NCBI RefSeq assembly: GCF_030144855.1
Contig: NC_082706.1
Coordinates: 162,006,001 to 162,070,000, forward strand
Reading direction: 5' to 3'
Length of the DNA stretch: 64,000 nucleotides
From: Hypanus sabinus
Lineage: Eukaryota
Below the pieces are notes generated by a model, which did not search any database, was not told the DNA's origin, and saw nothing but the letters and a program-made list of their open reading frames with translations. Position numbers and translations under genes: made by a program. Shown piece after piece: positions 11,111-23,768 of the stretch; position 1 is the stretch's first letter, and the number at the start of each line of letters is the position of its first letter.

Positions 11111-14100
11111 ATGGCTCAGACCATCAATTTTGTTTCTTTGAATACTAATGGTTAAACCATTCGATTAAACGAGAGAAGATTTTCAAAGTATTCCAAAGAC
11201 TTAATGCTCGTATTATTTTTGTACAAGAAACTCATGAGGAAGGAGGACAGTTATCGCTTTATTAGGTTTTGGAAGGGTCAACATTATCATTCGAATTCGA
11301 ATGCTAAAGTAAAGGGAGTTTTAATTTTTATTGACTCCTCTATTGCATTTGTTCAACATATCTTTTCAGATCCGAATGGTAGATTTTTGTTCATTACGGG
11401 CTTACTTTTTAATAAAAAGGTTGCTATGGTTAATGTTTATGCTCAAAACGTGGATTGTCCTGATTTTTTTAAGTCCTTATTTACTTCTCTACCTATCTAA
11501 ATGAATATAAGTTAATAATGGGTGGTGATTTTAACTGTTGTTTAAATCCTCTGATGGACAAATCTATATCTACTCAGACTTTACCCAATAAGTCGGCCAC
11601 TTGTATTAACTCTTTCTTGACTGATAATGGAGTTTTTGATATTTGGAGATTTCGGCATCCTAAGGACAAAGAGTTTTCTTTTTTTCACATGTTTATCATT
11701 CTTATTCAAGAACTGATTTTTTTTATTGATTCTTGTTTGATTCCTTCGGTAAATGGTTGTTATTATGATATTATAGCTATTTCTGACCATGCTCCATTAA
11801 AACTTTCTATTACATTTACTGGTACAGTTCCTAATGCTAGACAATGGCGATTTGATTCTACCTTATTGCAAGATCTGGACTTTATTAAATTTATGAATGA
11901 ACAGATCGATTTCTTCTTTTCAACCAATTCCGCGGAAGATATTTCTTACGGAACACTTTGGGATACTTTTAAAGCATATATACGTGGACAGATTATCTCT
12001 TACTCTGTTGGTCTGAGAAAACGCATAAAGAAGGAAGCTCTTTTATTGGTTGATAAAATTAAAGAGATTGACAAGAAATATTCGATTACTCCTAGTAAGG
12101 AGCTTTACAAGCAAAGAGTTGAACTTCAAACAGAATATAGTTTATTACTTACATCTTCGATTGAAAATCGACTAATGAAATCCAGATCTGATTTTTATAT
12201 ACATAGTGATAAATCAGGTAAACTGCTAGCTAGTCAATTGAAGAATGCTTTGGTTAATCGTCAAATTACTAAGATCCGTCAGCAAAATGGGGATCTGATA
12301 GTTAACCATGATGAGATAAATAAATCATTTCAAGATTTTTATACCTCCCTGTATCATTCTGAATTTCCTCAGGACTGTGGCACCATGTGTGATTTTCTTG
12401 GGAAATCCAATTTCCCAAAATTATCACCGGATAATCTTTTAATATTGGAAACTCCTATGACAGATGCAGAAATCAAAGGGGTTATTTCCTCCATTAATTC
12501 TGGGAAAGCACCTGGTCCGGATGGGTATACTGCAGAATGTTTCAAATGTTTTTCCGCTACTCTTTCTCCTTGGTTATACAGGGTTTTTGAAGAAGCAATT
12601 GGATTGGGCAATTTGCCACAATCTTTTTATTGCCGGTTAACTGCCGGCTAACTATTACTTGGATTGCACTACCTGTATGTATAATCTATATTTTCATTTA
12701 TATTTATCATTATTATTGTTATGAGCAGAGAGACAACATCTGCCGGAAGTAAATTTCTTGTATGTACACAGGTACTTGGCGATTAAAGTCTGATTCCGAT
12801 TCTGATTCTGATTGAGCATCCATTTCTTTAATATTGAAGAAAGATAAAGACCCTACTGACTGTGCATCCTATAGACCAATATCCTTATTGAATGTAGATT
12901 CCAAGATTTTTTCTAAGTTACTTGCATCCAGGTTGAAGAAAGTATTACCCCAAATTATCTCAGAAGATCAAACCGGTTTTATTAAAAATCACTATTCTTT
13001 TTTCAATGTCAGGAGGTTATTGAATATTGTGTATACTTCTTCACTTAACATTTCAGAATGTGTTATTTTATTAGATGTGGAGAAAGCATTTGACAGAGTT
13101 GAACGGCCATACTTATTTAATGTGTTGGAGAAGTTTAATTTTAGTCCGACATTCATTTCCTGGATTAAGCTGAAATATCATACCCCAGTAGCCTCGGTGT
13201 TTACTAACAATCAAAGATCTCCCGTTTTTCGTTTATTTTGGGGCACTAGACAAGGTTGTCCTCTTAGTCCACTATTATTTGATATTGCTTTAGAACCCTT
13301 GGCAATTGCTATCAGAGAACCATAGGATATTCTTGGTATTAATCGTGGGACAGATACTCATAAGTTATCTTTATATGCAGATGATTTATTATTATTTATT
13401 TCTAATCCTGAGAAATCCATTCCTGTAGTATTATCATTGTTGGCTCAATTTAGTGATTTTTCTGGGTATAAATTAAATCTTAATAAGAGTGAATTGTTTC
13501 CTTTAAATAGACAGGTCCCAATTTATGGAAATTTACCTTTTAAATTAGTTAATGACTCTTTTATTTACTTAGGGATTAAAATCACAAAAAACTATAAAGA
13601 CTTATTTAAGGTTAATTTTGTACCCTTAATTGATCAGATTAAATGCTTGTTTACTAAGTGGTCACCATTATCTTTATCTCTGATAGGTTGGATTAACACT
13701 TATTATGGTTAACACTTATATGGTTATTTTACCCAAGTTTTTATATATCTTTCAAGCGGTACCAATTTTTATTCCGAAATCTTTTTTTACTAATGTTGAT
13801 TCAAAAATTTCCTCATATATATGGCAGAATTAAAATCCCAGGTTAGGTAAAATATACTTACAGAAGGCAAAGAAGGAAGGTGGATTAGCATTGCCTAATT
13901 TTAGATTTTATTATTGGGCAGTTAATATCAGATATTTGATATGTTGGTTGAAAGATTGGGATGGATCTTTTAGCCCTCATTGGGTGAACCTGGAAATTAA
14001 ATCGGTACCAGGATTTGCACTGGGTTCTATTTTAGGGACTTCTCTTCCTTTTGCTCTTTCTAAATTGCCAAAATGAATTGACAACCTGATAGTAAAACAT

Positions 14101-15079
14101 ACTTTACATATATGGTTTCAATTTCGGAAATTTTTTGGGTTGACTCAAAGTTTGTTTTAAATATTCCTATTGTATCCAATTGTTTTTTGCACCCTTCAAT
14201 TATAGTCCAAGCTTATTTGGCTTGGAAGACTAAAGAATTACTATGATTTTCTGATATATTTTTGGATAATTGTTTTATGTCTTTTGAGCAATTATCTAAT
14301 AAATATAATTTGCCTAGATTTCATTTTTTCAGATATTTACAGATTAGGAATTTTTAAAATACTGTACTTCCTACTTTTCCAAATTTTGTGTCTTCAGGCA
14401 TTTTGGAGAATTTGTTGAACTAAACCCTTTTCAGAAAGGGCTTATATCAAAACTTTATAATATAATTATGAAGATATGTTCAGAGCCCCTTTATAAGACA
14501 AAAAATGATTGGGAAAGAGAGATTAACCTTATTATTCCTATTGAGAATTGGGATAAAATTCTTCAATTAGTTAATACATCATCTATATGTGCCAAACATT
14601 CACTAATACAGTTTAAGGTTGTGCACAGGGCACATATGTCCAAGGATAAATTGGCTCATTTTTATTCCTAAATAAATCCTATTTGTGATAGATGTCAATC
14701 TGAAATAGCATCTTTAACTCATATGTTCTGGTCATGTCCGCTTTTGAAAAAATATTGGAAAGATATTTTTGATATTATCTCTGTGGTATTGAACAATGAT
14801 TTACAACCCCATCCTATTACCGCAATCTTTGGTTTACCAATGATGGATTCACTTCATTTATCTTCTTCCGCTTGTCGAATGATTGCATTTCTTACACTAA
14901 TGGCTAGAAGATCTATTTTGTTGAATTGGAAGGAAATTAATCCTCCTACTGTATTTCATTGGTTTTCTCAAACTATGTTATGTTTGAATTTAGAAAAAAA
15001 TAGAAGTGGTGTATTTGACACTTCTACTAAATTTGAAAAGATGTGGAGACCATTTATTCAATATTTTCATATGATGTAA
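11111..15079 (+). pseudogene. L1 ORF2p (APE endonuclease-RT-zf), frameshifted
   Basis: MAQTINFVSLNTNG, GGDFN, SDHAP, KAPGPDG, YRPISLLN, GTRQGCPLSP, LYADD and HMFWSC motifs. Confidence 0.93.
12631..12813 (+). mobile_element. 5'-truncated retroelement 3' end inserted in L1 ORF2
   Basis: Interrupts LPQSFY|ASISLILKK and ends in ATTAAA plus a (TCTGAT)n tail. Confidence 0.85.
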
Positions 15080-15533
15080 TATGACCCTGTTCCAAGCCTA
15101 TTTGATTTTCCAGTTTTGTTTTCATATTTGTCTAGAGGATCGGAGTTGATGACACTGATGATTTTGTATTTTTGTGAAATATTATAAACAGCCCTTTTTT
15201 CCCCTCTTTTTTATTTTTTCTTTCTTTTTCTTTTTTGTTTTTTTTCCTCTATTAGTTATTAGATTTTAGATTAGTTTTTTTTTGCATAATATTTTTTTTG
15301 TTTCCTTTTTCTTTTTTCTTTTTTCTTTTTTATTCTATATTATGATACATCTAGGTTTGCCTTGTTTATTTGTATATTGTATCATTTATGATGTGGGAAT
15401 ACTCATTTATACTGTAATTATTGTTTTTGTATTCTTTTATAGTTAGTTGAAATATGTACATTTGTAATCCCATTAACTATGTACCAATTTTATTTTGTTT
15501 TTATTAATAATGATAATAAAAAGATGGAAAAAG

Positions 15534-15983
15534 AAAAATGTTGGCTTTTGTGGTATGTTGCTACACTACCATACAAAGCTTCCTGGTCTTTGGAGAAGAG
15601 CCAAACTGCTCTTCATTGCATTTCCATCCTCCTACCTTGTTGAAAGAGACTTCAGTACAGTGAACAACATACAAAAAGCAGAAACTGCTTGGACATTGTT
15701 ACACACGGGGACTTAAGGCTTTTGTTGTCACAACCTGAACCAGACATTTCAACTCTTGCTAAAAACCATCAAGCTCAGATATCAAATCTGCTGTACAGTG
15801 CACAGGTTTAAAGACAAATAAAAAGTTAAAGCAGAATAATTTTTCTCATATTAGTATATGGCAGTTTTTTTAAGGTGCTTTAGGGGAACATTGGAAAATA
15901 TGAAGGTGCTTTAATGGGTTGTTGGAAAATATGCAAATACTTTGGGTGGGGGGGGGTTGGCTACAAAAGGTTGGAAATCACTG
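15534..15983 (+). mobile_element. hAT remnant 3' part: dimerisation domain and right TIR
   Basis: LPGLWRRAKLLFIAFPSSYLVERDFS...GDLRLLLSQPEPDI...HQAQIS. Ends aggttggaaatcactg, the reverse complement of a Charlie-type TIR. Confidence 0.82.
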
Positions 15984-16559
15984 AGACAGATTCTTCGAAG
16001 GATGGCTTTCAACCAAAGCTGCACCCTCACCAGAGTAGAAAGGTCCCATTTCTGTCCCATAAATACTCAGCCAACAATCTAGCTCAGTACTAATGGGCTG
16101 CTGCACTGTTGGATGTCCTGGCTTTTAACTGAAGTGTTAAACCATAATCCTATCAAAAATACGTAAAAAGTCCCATGGTACAACCCCATGTTCAGATCGG
16201 CATGCATCTCTCAAGCAACAGGTGCTGAGTCACTGTTGTGAGTGGGAGGGCCCCATTTAGTTTGTGGCTTTCCTACAATGCCACAGAGACAACACTTCAA
16301 ATGTAATAATTGGCTGGAAGGCACTTTGGAAATTTATGGCTGTGAACAGCACTGTGTAAAGGGATATTCTCATTCTTTCTATTTTGTTATGCTGGTACCT
16401 TTTGCCATGTGAAAGTGGGATATGTAGCCCAGACTCCATATCCAGCATTGCCTGGTGATGGCTTAAATGGAATGACAGAAAGCTAGGAGAAGGTTTCAAT
16501 GTGTGCATGGAATGTGTGGGGTGAAGTTCATCAATAGGTGAATTAAGAACAACAAAGAT

Positions 16560-16817
16560 AAATGAAGGACATTACTTTAGCTAGAGGGTGGTAAATCTGT
16601 GGAATTTGTTGTCAGGAATGTCTGTGGAGGCCAAGTCATTGGGTGTATTTAAGGCAGAGATAGATAGGTTCTTGATTAACCAGGGCATCAAAGGGCATGG
16701 AGTGAAGGCAGGGAAATGGGGATGACCGGAAGAATTGGATCAGCCCATGATTGAATGGCGGAGAAGACTTGATGGACTTGGTTCTGCTCCTATATCTCAT
16801 GGTCTTAAGGTCTTATG
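16560..16817 (+). mobile_element. CR1 LINE 3' end
   Basis: agagggtggtaaatctgtggaat...ctcctatatctcatggtcttaaggtcttatgg, the CR1 3' UTR and tail. Confidence 0.75.
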
Positions 16818-18835
16818 GAAATTCCAGCTGGGCCTTTACCGGCCTTCAATCTGTGACCATTTACCATGTGGCTAGTTAGAGATGTGCAGAAAACTAAATT
16901 TCTCTGTAGTTCACAGCCAGAGAGATCCTGGATATATTCTGAAAAAGAACATTCCCAACTCTGATCTTATTTCATTCCATGTGATTTTTGGATTGTTACA
17001 ATTATTCACTACCTCATTCCCTTTTGCTCTCACCTACCTCTCTAACCTTACTCCATTCTATCCACTCAACACTTCCCTTATCATCACACAAGGCATATCT
17101 CTCTCTCTCTCTCTCTCTGTCTCCAATTCCATATTCACTGAGTTACAAGTCAAAATAGGGAGAAGCTGTTGAAGGTGGGTTTGGAGGGGTTTACTGGCCA
17201 ACCTGCATTTGTCTTTAAAATGTTTTGTCTGGTTTGCAGCCAATAGCCAATGTGTTTTAGCAGTTGGACCCACAATATTTGAGGGTTTGTGGTGATGAAG
17301 GAGAGGATCATGAAGTTTGTGAGAGAGGAAGTGGTTCAGACTTGAAGGGGCACTCTAAGGCCAGACTTGGATGCTTACTCACAGCAGAACTGGATGGTAG
17401 ATCTTGGCTCTTTATGGTTCCTTCCTCCATTTTATCTGGATAGCCTGGGATTAGTTTGGAACTGGAGACCAAAGTGGCACTCAGAATAAGAATGATCGCT
17501 GGTGTTAAGGTGAATATGGTGGTCAGACATTGGGCATGGCGAAAGGTTCCTCTGGAGATTAGGTATACAAGTGAAGAACATTGTGGGGTGTGTCACATGG
17601 AGTTCTGGGTCTAAAGTGACAATAGCAGTGAGGGAGGCCACAAATGAATGTGGTTCCATGCAGCAGCCAGTGGATGAGGTGCTCAACAGAGATGTTTTAG
17701 GAAGCACTGCATGATAGGTGGCAGGCCTGGGACAGGAGGGAAGACATGTTTGGAGATGATGGTGATGGTGAACACTGGGTTGTATGGCGATGGCCAGGAA
17801 GTGGAAGTGAAATAGAGGTCAGAGTCAATGAATATGAATGGTCTGATATGGGTGTGAAATCAGCAGAGACTTGAAATCCTTGTGGTTTCCTAATCAGATT
17901 GGGAGCAATGGCATTGCAGTGACAGAATCAGAAATAACTAGCCTTATCAACTTGTCCCACACACACAGATGGATTGTTTCCTCAGTGAACCCGTTCCACC
18001 CACCTCCTATATTTGAAACAAGCATATTTTTGTTCCAATGCTTAGCATATATGTCAGATTTTGGGGTTAAAATTACCCATCAATCCTTTCCTAATATATC
18101 TTCCATGGTGAAAATTCTTCTGTTTCACATACGCTTAACCATATAAACTCCATCTGAATCTCTTCTGAAAAATTTGAACAGTCTGTTCGAATATAAAGAC
18201 AATCAGAATATATATTGCTTCTTTTTTATGAATGCCATTTCCTGGAATCCATTTAGCAACCAGATACTTAAACTCAATTTGAAGTTTAATTTTGGAGGAT
18301 TTTGAGTGAAGGTCTCTGCACCATAAGCTTTTCTTTATCCTGGCATTAATTTTCTCTCATGATTTATCTAAATCTTCTCTTGCCTCCATCAATTGTCATA
18401 AATCTAAACTTTCACATTCCTTTTCCACACTATATTAAATCCTTTTTTCTGGCATAAAATGCATTTATTACTAAGGTCTTAAATATCATTTCTGCTTAAG
18501 TAAAAGCCTTTGAGATGGCTTTTCCTTGTCCTAAGCCAGCACAGTGTAATAGCTGAGGAAACTGAAACTGCTTCAGTTAAACTTAATTAGTATCTGCCAA
18601 TGGAAGTGGATCTTTAAAGTCCCAAGGCATTACTCAAAGAGTTGTAGTGACCAAGATTCCTCTCTCAAATTTCTAATTGGTCATTTATTAGATTACCAAA
18701 AGTGTAAGGTGGCTGCTTAACTGCTTAGATAATAATAGTGGCAATATATCAGAATAAATTGGAGGTATTTTCTGACATATTATACTGGATTTTGAGACCA
18801 GCAGCAACTGAACACCGGTAGCCTTCAATAAGGTT

Positions 18836-21571
18836 ATAAGACCATAAGATATAGAAGCTGAATTAGACATTTGCCCATTCGAGTCTGCTCGATCATTTCA
18901 TCATGGCTGATCTAATTTTCCTCTCAGCTCCAATCTCCTGCCTTCTCCCCATATCCCTTCATGCCCTGGCCGATCAAGAAGCTATCAACCTCTGCCTTAA
19001 ATATACATTAAAGACTTGGCCTCCACAACTACCTGTGGCAAAGGATTCCATAGATTTATCACCCTCTGACTAAAGGAATTCTTCCTTATCTCCATTCTAA
19101 AAAGATGCGCCTCTATTCTGAGGCTGTGTCCTCTGGTCTTAGACACTCCTAACATAGGAAACATCCTCTCCACACCCACTCTATCAAGGCCTTTCACCAT
19201 TCAATAGGTTTCACTGAGGTTACCACACATGTTTCTGAATTCTATTGCATACAGACCCAGAGCTATCAAATACCTTTAATATGACAATCCATTCAATCTG
19301 GGAACACACACAAAATGCTGGTGGAACATGGCAGGCCAGGCAGCATCTACAGGGAGAAGCGCTGTCGACGTCTTGGGCTGAGACCCTTTGTCAGGACTAA
19401 TCTGGGAATCATATTTGTGAATCTCCTTTGAACCCTCTCCAGTTTCAGCACATTCTTTCTAAGATAAAGGGCCCAAACCTGCTCAAAATACTCTAAGTGA
19501 GGCCTCACCAGTACTTTATAAAGTTTCAACATTATATCCTTGCTTTTCTATTCTAGTCAGCTTGAAATGAATGCTAACATTGCATTTTTCTTTCTCACCT
19601 CAGTCAACTTGCAAATTAATCTGTGAGAATACTGCACAAAGACTTCCAAGTCCCTTTGTGTCTCCGTTTTTGTATATTCTCTCCATTTATAAAATCGTCA
19701 ACCCTTCCATTTCTTCTACCAAAGTGGATGACCATACACTTTCCGAGACTATATTCCACCTGCCATTTCTTTGCCTATTCTCCAAATCTGTCTGTCCTTT
19801 AGTAGCCTCTTTACTTCCCCATAACTACCAGCCCCTCCACCTATCTTCATATTAACTGCAAACTTTGCATCTAAACCATCAATTCCATCATCCAAATCAT
19901 TGACATATAACGTAAAAAGAATCGGTCCCAACACAGACCACTATGGAACACCACCTGTCACCGGCAGCCGGTCAGAGAAAGCTCCCTTTATTCCCACTCT
20001 TTGCCTCCTGACAATCAGCTGCTGCTTAATCCATGCTGAAATCTTTCCTGAAATACCATGAGCTTGTAGCTTGTTAAGCAGCCTCATGTGCGGCACCTTG
20101 TCAAAAGTCTTCTGAAAATCCAAGCATACAAAATCAACCAATTCTCCTTTGTCTATCCTGCTTGTTACTTCCTCAAATAATTCCAACAGATTTGTCAGGA
20201 AATACCTTCTCTTGAGGAAACCATGCTGACTACAGCCCATTTTACCATGTGCCTCCAAGTACCCTGAGACCTCATCCTTTTAAGAACCGACTCCAACATC
20301 TTCCCAACCACTGAGGTCAAACTAACTGGCTTATAATTTCCTCTCTTCTGCTTCTCTCCCTTCTTAAAGAGTGGAGTGATACTTGTAATTTTCCAGTCTT
20401 CTGGATCCATTCCAGAATCTAGTGATTCTTGAAAGGTCATTACTAATGCCTCCACGATCTCTTTACCTACCTCCTTCCGATCTCTGGGGTGTACACCATC
20501 TGGCCTAGGTGACTTATCTACCTTCAGACCTTCCAGTTTCCCAAGATCCTGCTCTCTTGTTATGGTAACTTCACATAGTTCATGCCCCCTGACACCTGGA
20601 ACATCCACCATACTGCTCATGTCTTCCACAATGAAGACTGATGGAAGATACTTATTCAGTTCATCCTCTATTTCATTGTCCCCCATTACTACCTCTCTAG
20701 CATTGTTTTTCAGTAGCCCAATGTCCACTCTTGCCTTTCTTTTATGCTTTCAGTATCTGAAGAAACTTTTGGTATCCTCTTTAATATTCTTGGCCAGCTT
20801 ATTTTCATCTTTATTTCATCTTTACCTTAATGACTTTTTAAACTTGCTGTCTGTAGTGATTTGAAAGCTTCCCAATCCTGTAACTTCCCACTAATCTTTG
20901 CTCAATTATATGCCCGCTCTTTGGTTTTTATTTTGGCCTTGACTTCCCTTGTTAGCCATACTTGTGCCATCTTGCACTTAGAATACTTCTTTCTCCTTGG
21001 GATGTATATATCCTATGCTTTCCAAATTGCTCCAGAAATTCCAGACATTGCTGCTCTGCTCTCATCTCTGCTAGTTCTCAATTCTGGTTAACTCTTCTCT
21101 CATGCCTCTGTAATTCTCTTTAATCCACTGTAATACTGATACATCTGACTTTAATTTTCCTTCTCGAATTTCAGGTTTGAAGTTGATCATATTATGATCA
21201 CTTGCCCCTAAGGGTTCTTTTACCTTAAGCTCTTTAATTAATTCTGGTTCATTGCACAAGACCCAATCCAGAATAGCTAATCCTCTAGAGGACTCAACCA
21301 CAAGCTGATCTATAAAGTCATCTTGTAGGCACTCTAGAAAAGTCCCCCTTCTGTAATCCAACAACCGATCTGACTTTCCCAATCTACATGCATATTGAAG
21401 TTCCCCTTGACTTGTAACATTGCCCTTTGGGCATGCATTTTCTATCTCCCATTGTAACTTGTAGGTAACATACTTACTACTGTTTGGGGGTCTTTTTACC
21501 CTTGCAGTTTCTTAGTTCTATCCACAATGATTCAACACCTTCCGAGTCTATGGCACCTCTTTCTAATGATT
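18836..21571 (-). mobile_element. CR1 LINE, 5'-truncated ORF2 (EN-RT), decayed
   Basis: SDHNMI, KSPRPDGVHP, NYKPVSLTS, LDFQKTFDKVPH and LVRPHLEY fragments, with a (TATGGTCT)n-type tail at 18836. Confidence 0.92.
19305..19398 (-). mobile_element. 94-bp Penelope pLTR-derived mini-element inserted into CR1
   Basis: 10-bp TSD aatctgggaa (19295-19304, 19399-19408). Carries a mutated hammerhead: CTGACAA-AGGGTCTCAGCCC-AAGA-CGTCGAC. Confidence 0.88.
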
Positions 21572-21750
21572 CATGATATACTTGCACACATATGTAATTA
21601 AAAACCTTGCGAGGGCTTTCGCTCTAGAGATTCTTACCATCCCTTCAATGGCAAAGTACAAATCTCTCTACAAAGCATCTGGAATTTGTATGAACTGCAC
21701 ATCATGCCAACCAATCATAATAAGTGAATTCTACAATTCAACCAATCATA

Positions 21751-21885
21751 AAACAAGAAACAGATGCTGGGCACACATACAAAATGCTGGAGGAATTCAG
21801 CAGGTCAGGCAGTTATTGATGGAAAGAAATAAACAGTCAATGTTTCAGGCAGAGACCCTTTATCATGAAATGTTGACTGTTTATT
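21751..21885 (-). mobile_element. Penelope pLTR-derived short element with inverted end
   Basis: caaaatgctggaggaattcagcagg...aaacagtcaatgtttcaggcagagacccttt, followed by the inverted tgaaatgttgactgtttatt. Confidence 0.75.
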
Positions 21886-22653
21886 CAAAGATCTAAGAAC
21901 ATTTATTATTGAAGTATGTATAGCATATGCAACCTTGAGATTTCCCTCCTTACAGGCAGCCACAAAACAAAGAAATCCAATAGAACCCAGTAAAAAAAGG
22001 AAGAAGACCAGCAAACACCCAATGTGCAGAGAAAAACAAATGATGCAAACAATAAAAGAAAACAAATAACATTCTGTGCTGAAGTTCACGAAAGTAAGTA
22101 CCCAGCCACAAAACCAGTCGCAAGTGATCCAAGAACCTATTAGTTACAGTCCCCAACCTCAGTTCAGCACAGAGATGATTAAACCGTGTTGCAGCAAGCT
22201 GAACATTGGCCCATCCCTTGCCTCCACACCCAACACCCTGAGTTTTTCAATCTGGTCCAGCATATAAATTGGCCAAACGTTAGGCCGTTCCTTGTTCTCA
22301 GAACCAGGCCTGTGTCCTGATGCCTTGACTCTGCTTTGTCTCAGTTCTGCCGCATCAAATCGCCTCCAAGTCTGCTCCATCAACAGGCAAATATTGGCTC
22401 AGTCCACACTCGCGGTCTTGGGTTATGTGCCTCGATTTGACCAGTTCATACCTGTCCTGCACCTTTGAGACTTCCACTTACACCACATAAATGCCAGGTT
22501 GAGCGGGCGGTTCAAAAGCTCAATTCCGAAAAGGAAGTTACAGGCAGCAATCATGTCTGAGAAAGAGTGTGATTAATACAGTAATATATAGTTTTGTTTA
22601 TTTTGTTTGCTCCTAGCAAGTCTTCGCTGTGCTTCACCAGCACCATCTTAAAC
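21886..22653 (-). mobile_element. Non-autonomous retroelement with a Rex-type tail
   Basis: Homologous to 61497-62520. Minus-strand AATAAA plus a CTTTGAA-like tail; 5' end gtttaagatggtg. Confidence 0.7.
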
Positions 22654-23641
22654 CTGAGGTCCTCTAGTGTTTTATATGAATCACAACCAAAGTCTGTAAA
22701 CTGCAGAGAACAATGCAATTACCAGTAGCTGTGAAAGTTAAGCAATTGCTGTATGAACTGGCCTGCCCTCACATATGCCTTTCAACAAAAGGCTGAAATG
22801 TATGGGATGGCATGAAAATGCTCCACTTACTTGATACATAAGACTGATCCTGCCAATAAGTGTCACTGGATTAGGACTTGTTAGGCATGCCAGTGTAAGT
22901 CCACTTAACAAGGTAATACATCTTAACTACTGCCAAACAACCTGTAAGCTCTAGAATCCCTTCCATATTTTAATCATTGTTGGTATGAAAGAAATATATA
23001 ACTTTTTAAAAATGTCTGCCTCTTTTGTCTTTCTGTCTGTCCTTCTTTCTAAAATCTTATTGAGGTATTCCTCTTTATAGGGTCATAGAAAAGCACAGTG
23101 TATAAACAGGCCCTTCAGCCCATCTAGTCCCTGCCGAGCTATTTAAACTGCATATTCCCATCATCTGGCAGCTGGATCATAGCTCTCCAAACCCATTATT
23201 ATCCAAACATCTCTTAAGTGTTGAATTTGAAATTTATATGATATGACAATTAATTGAGTATAACATCACCTGTCCTTTCAAATTGTTTGGTGCCCACTAG
23301 TGGCCTTCAGCAGGATTGGTTCGCTATTATGATACACAGTTCATACTGACTGAATCACTAAGGTCATATACAGCTTATAACGTGCACAATCACTGAAGTC
23401 TGTTAACAGGCTTACAATAAAGTAATCCCTACAGTTATCTGTATCAGAAAGAATCATTATGAATTATATAATACACTATTTAAATATAAGTATTTCCTTT
23501 CTTGCAGTACTGCATTTGTTTATTAGGGTTAGCAATCCACATTTACATGGTGACCAAGCTGAACATCCAAATTAATTTTGCATTACACCATCTAAGACAA
23601 GATTTCCTTTGTGTTTAACTATAAGTTAAGCAACTACTGAC

Positions 23642-23768
23642 CTAAAATACATAATGGCTTTCTGATGAATTTCAGGCGGCCTCTCCATCCTCTGTATCGA
23701 CAGCAGCAGCCAGCTGCCCAAACCCTGAGGCAAAACTCTAAGCCAAATACTACGATGGTAACAGCTTC
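23642..23768 (-). CDS. KCNQ3: KCNQ3-like exon 3 (S2, S2-S3 linker)
   Basis: Polypyrimidine tract + acag and donor gtcagt bound a 127-bp exon: [42 protein letters not shown] + G, with the KCNQ triple-Cys motif. In phase with both neighbours; not shown in the ORF track. Confidence 0.95.

Larger units (their letters stand above)
9314..15533 (+). mobile_element. Full-length L1-clade LINE, antisense to KCNQ
   Basis: 17-bp TSD aaaaatgttggcttttg (9297-9313, 15534-15550). ORF1, a T-rich spacer, ORF2, a 3' UTR and AATAAA at 15515-15520. Confidence 0.95.
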
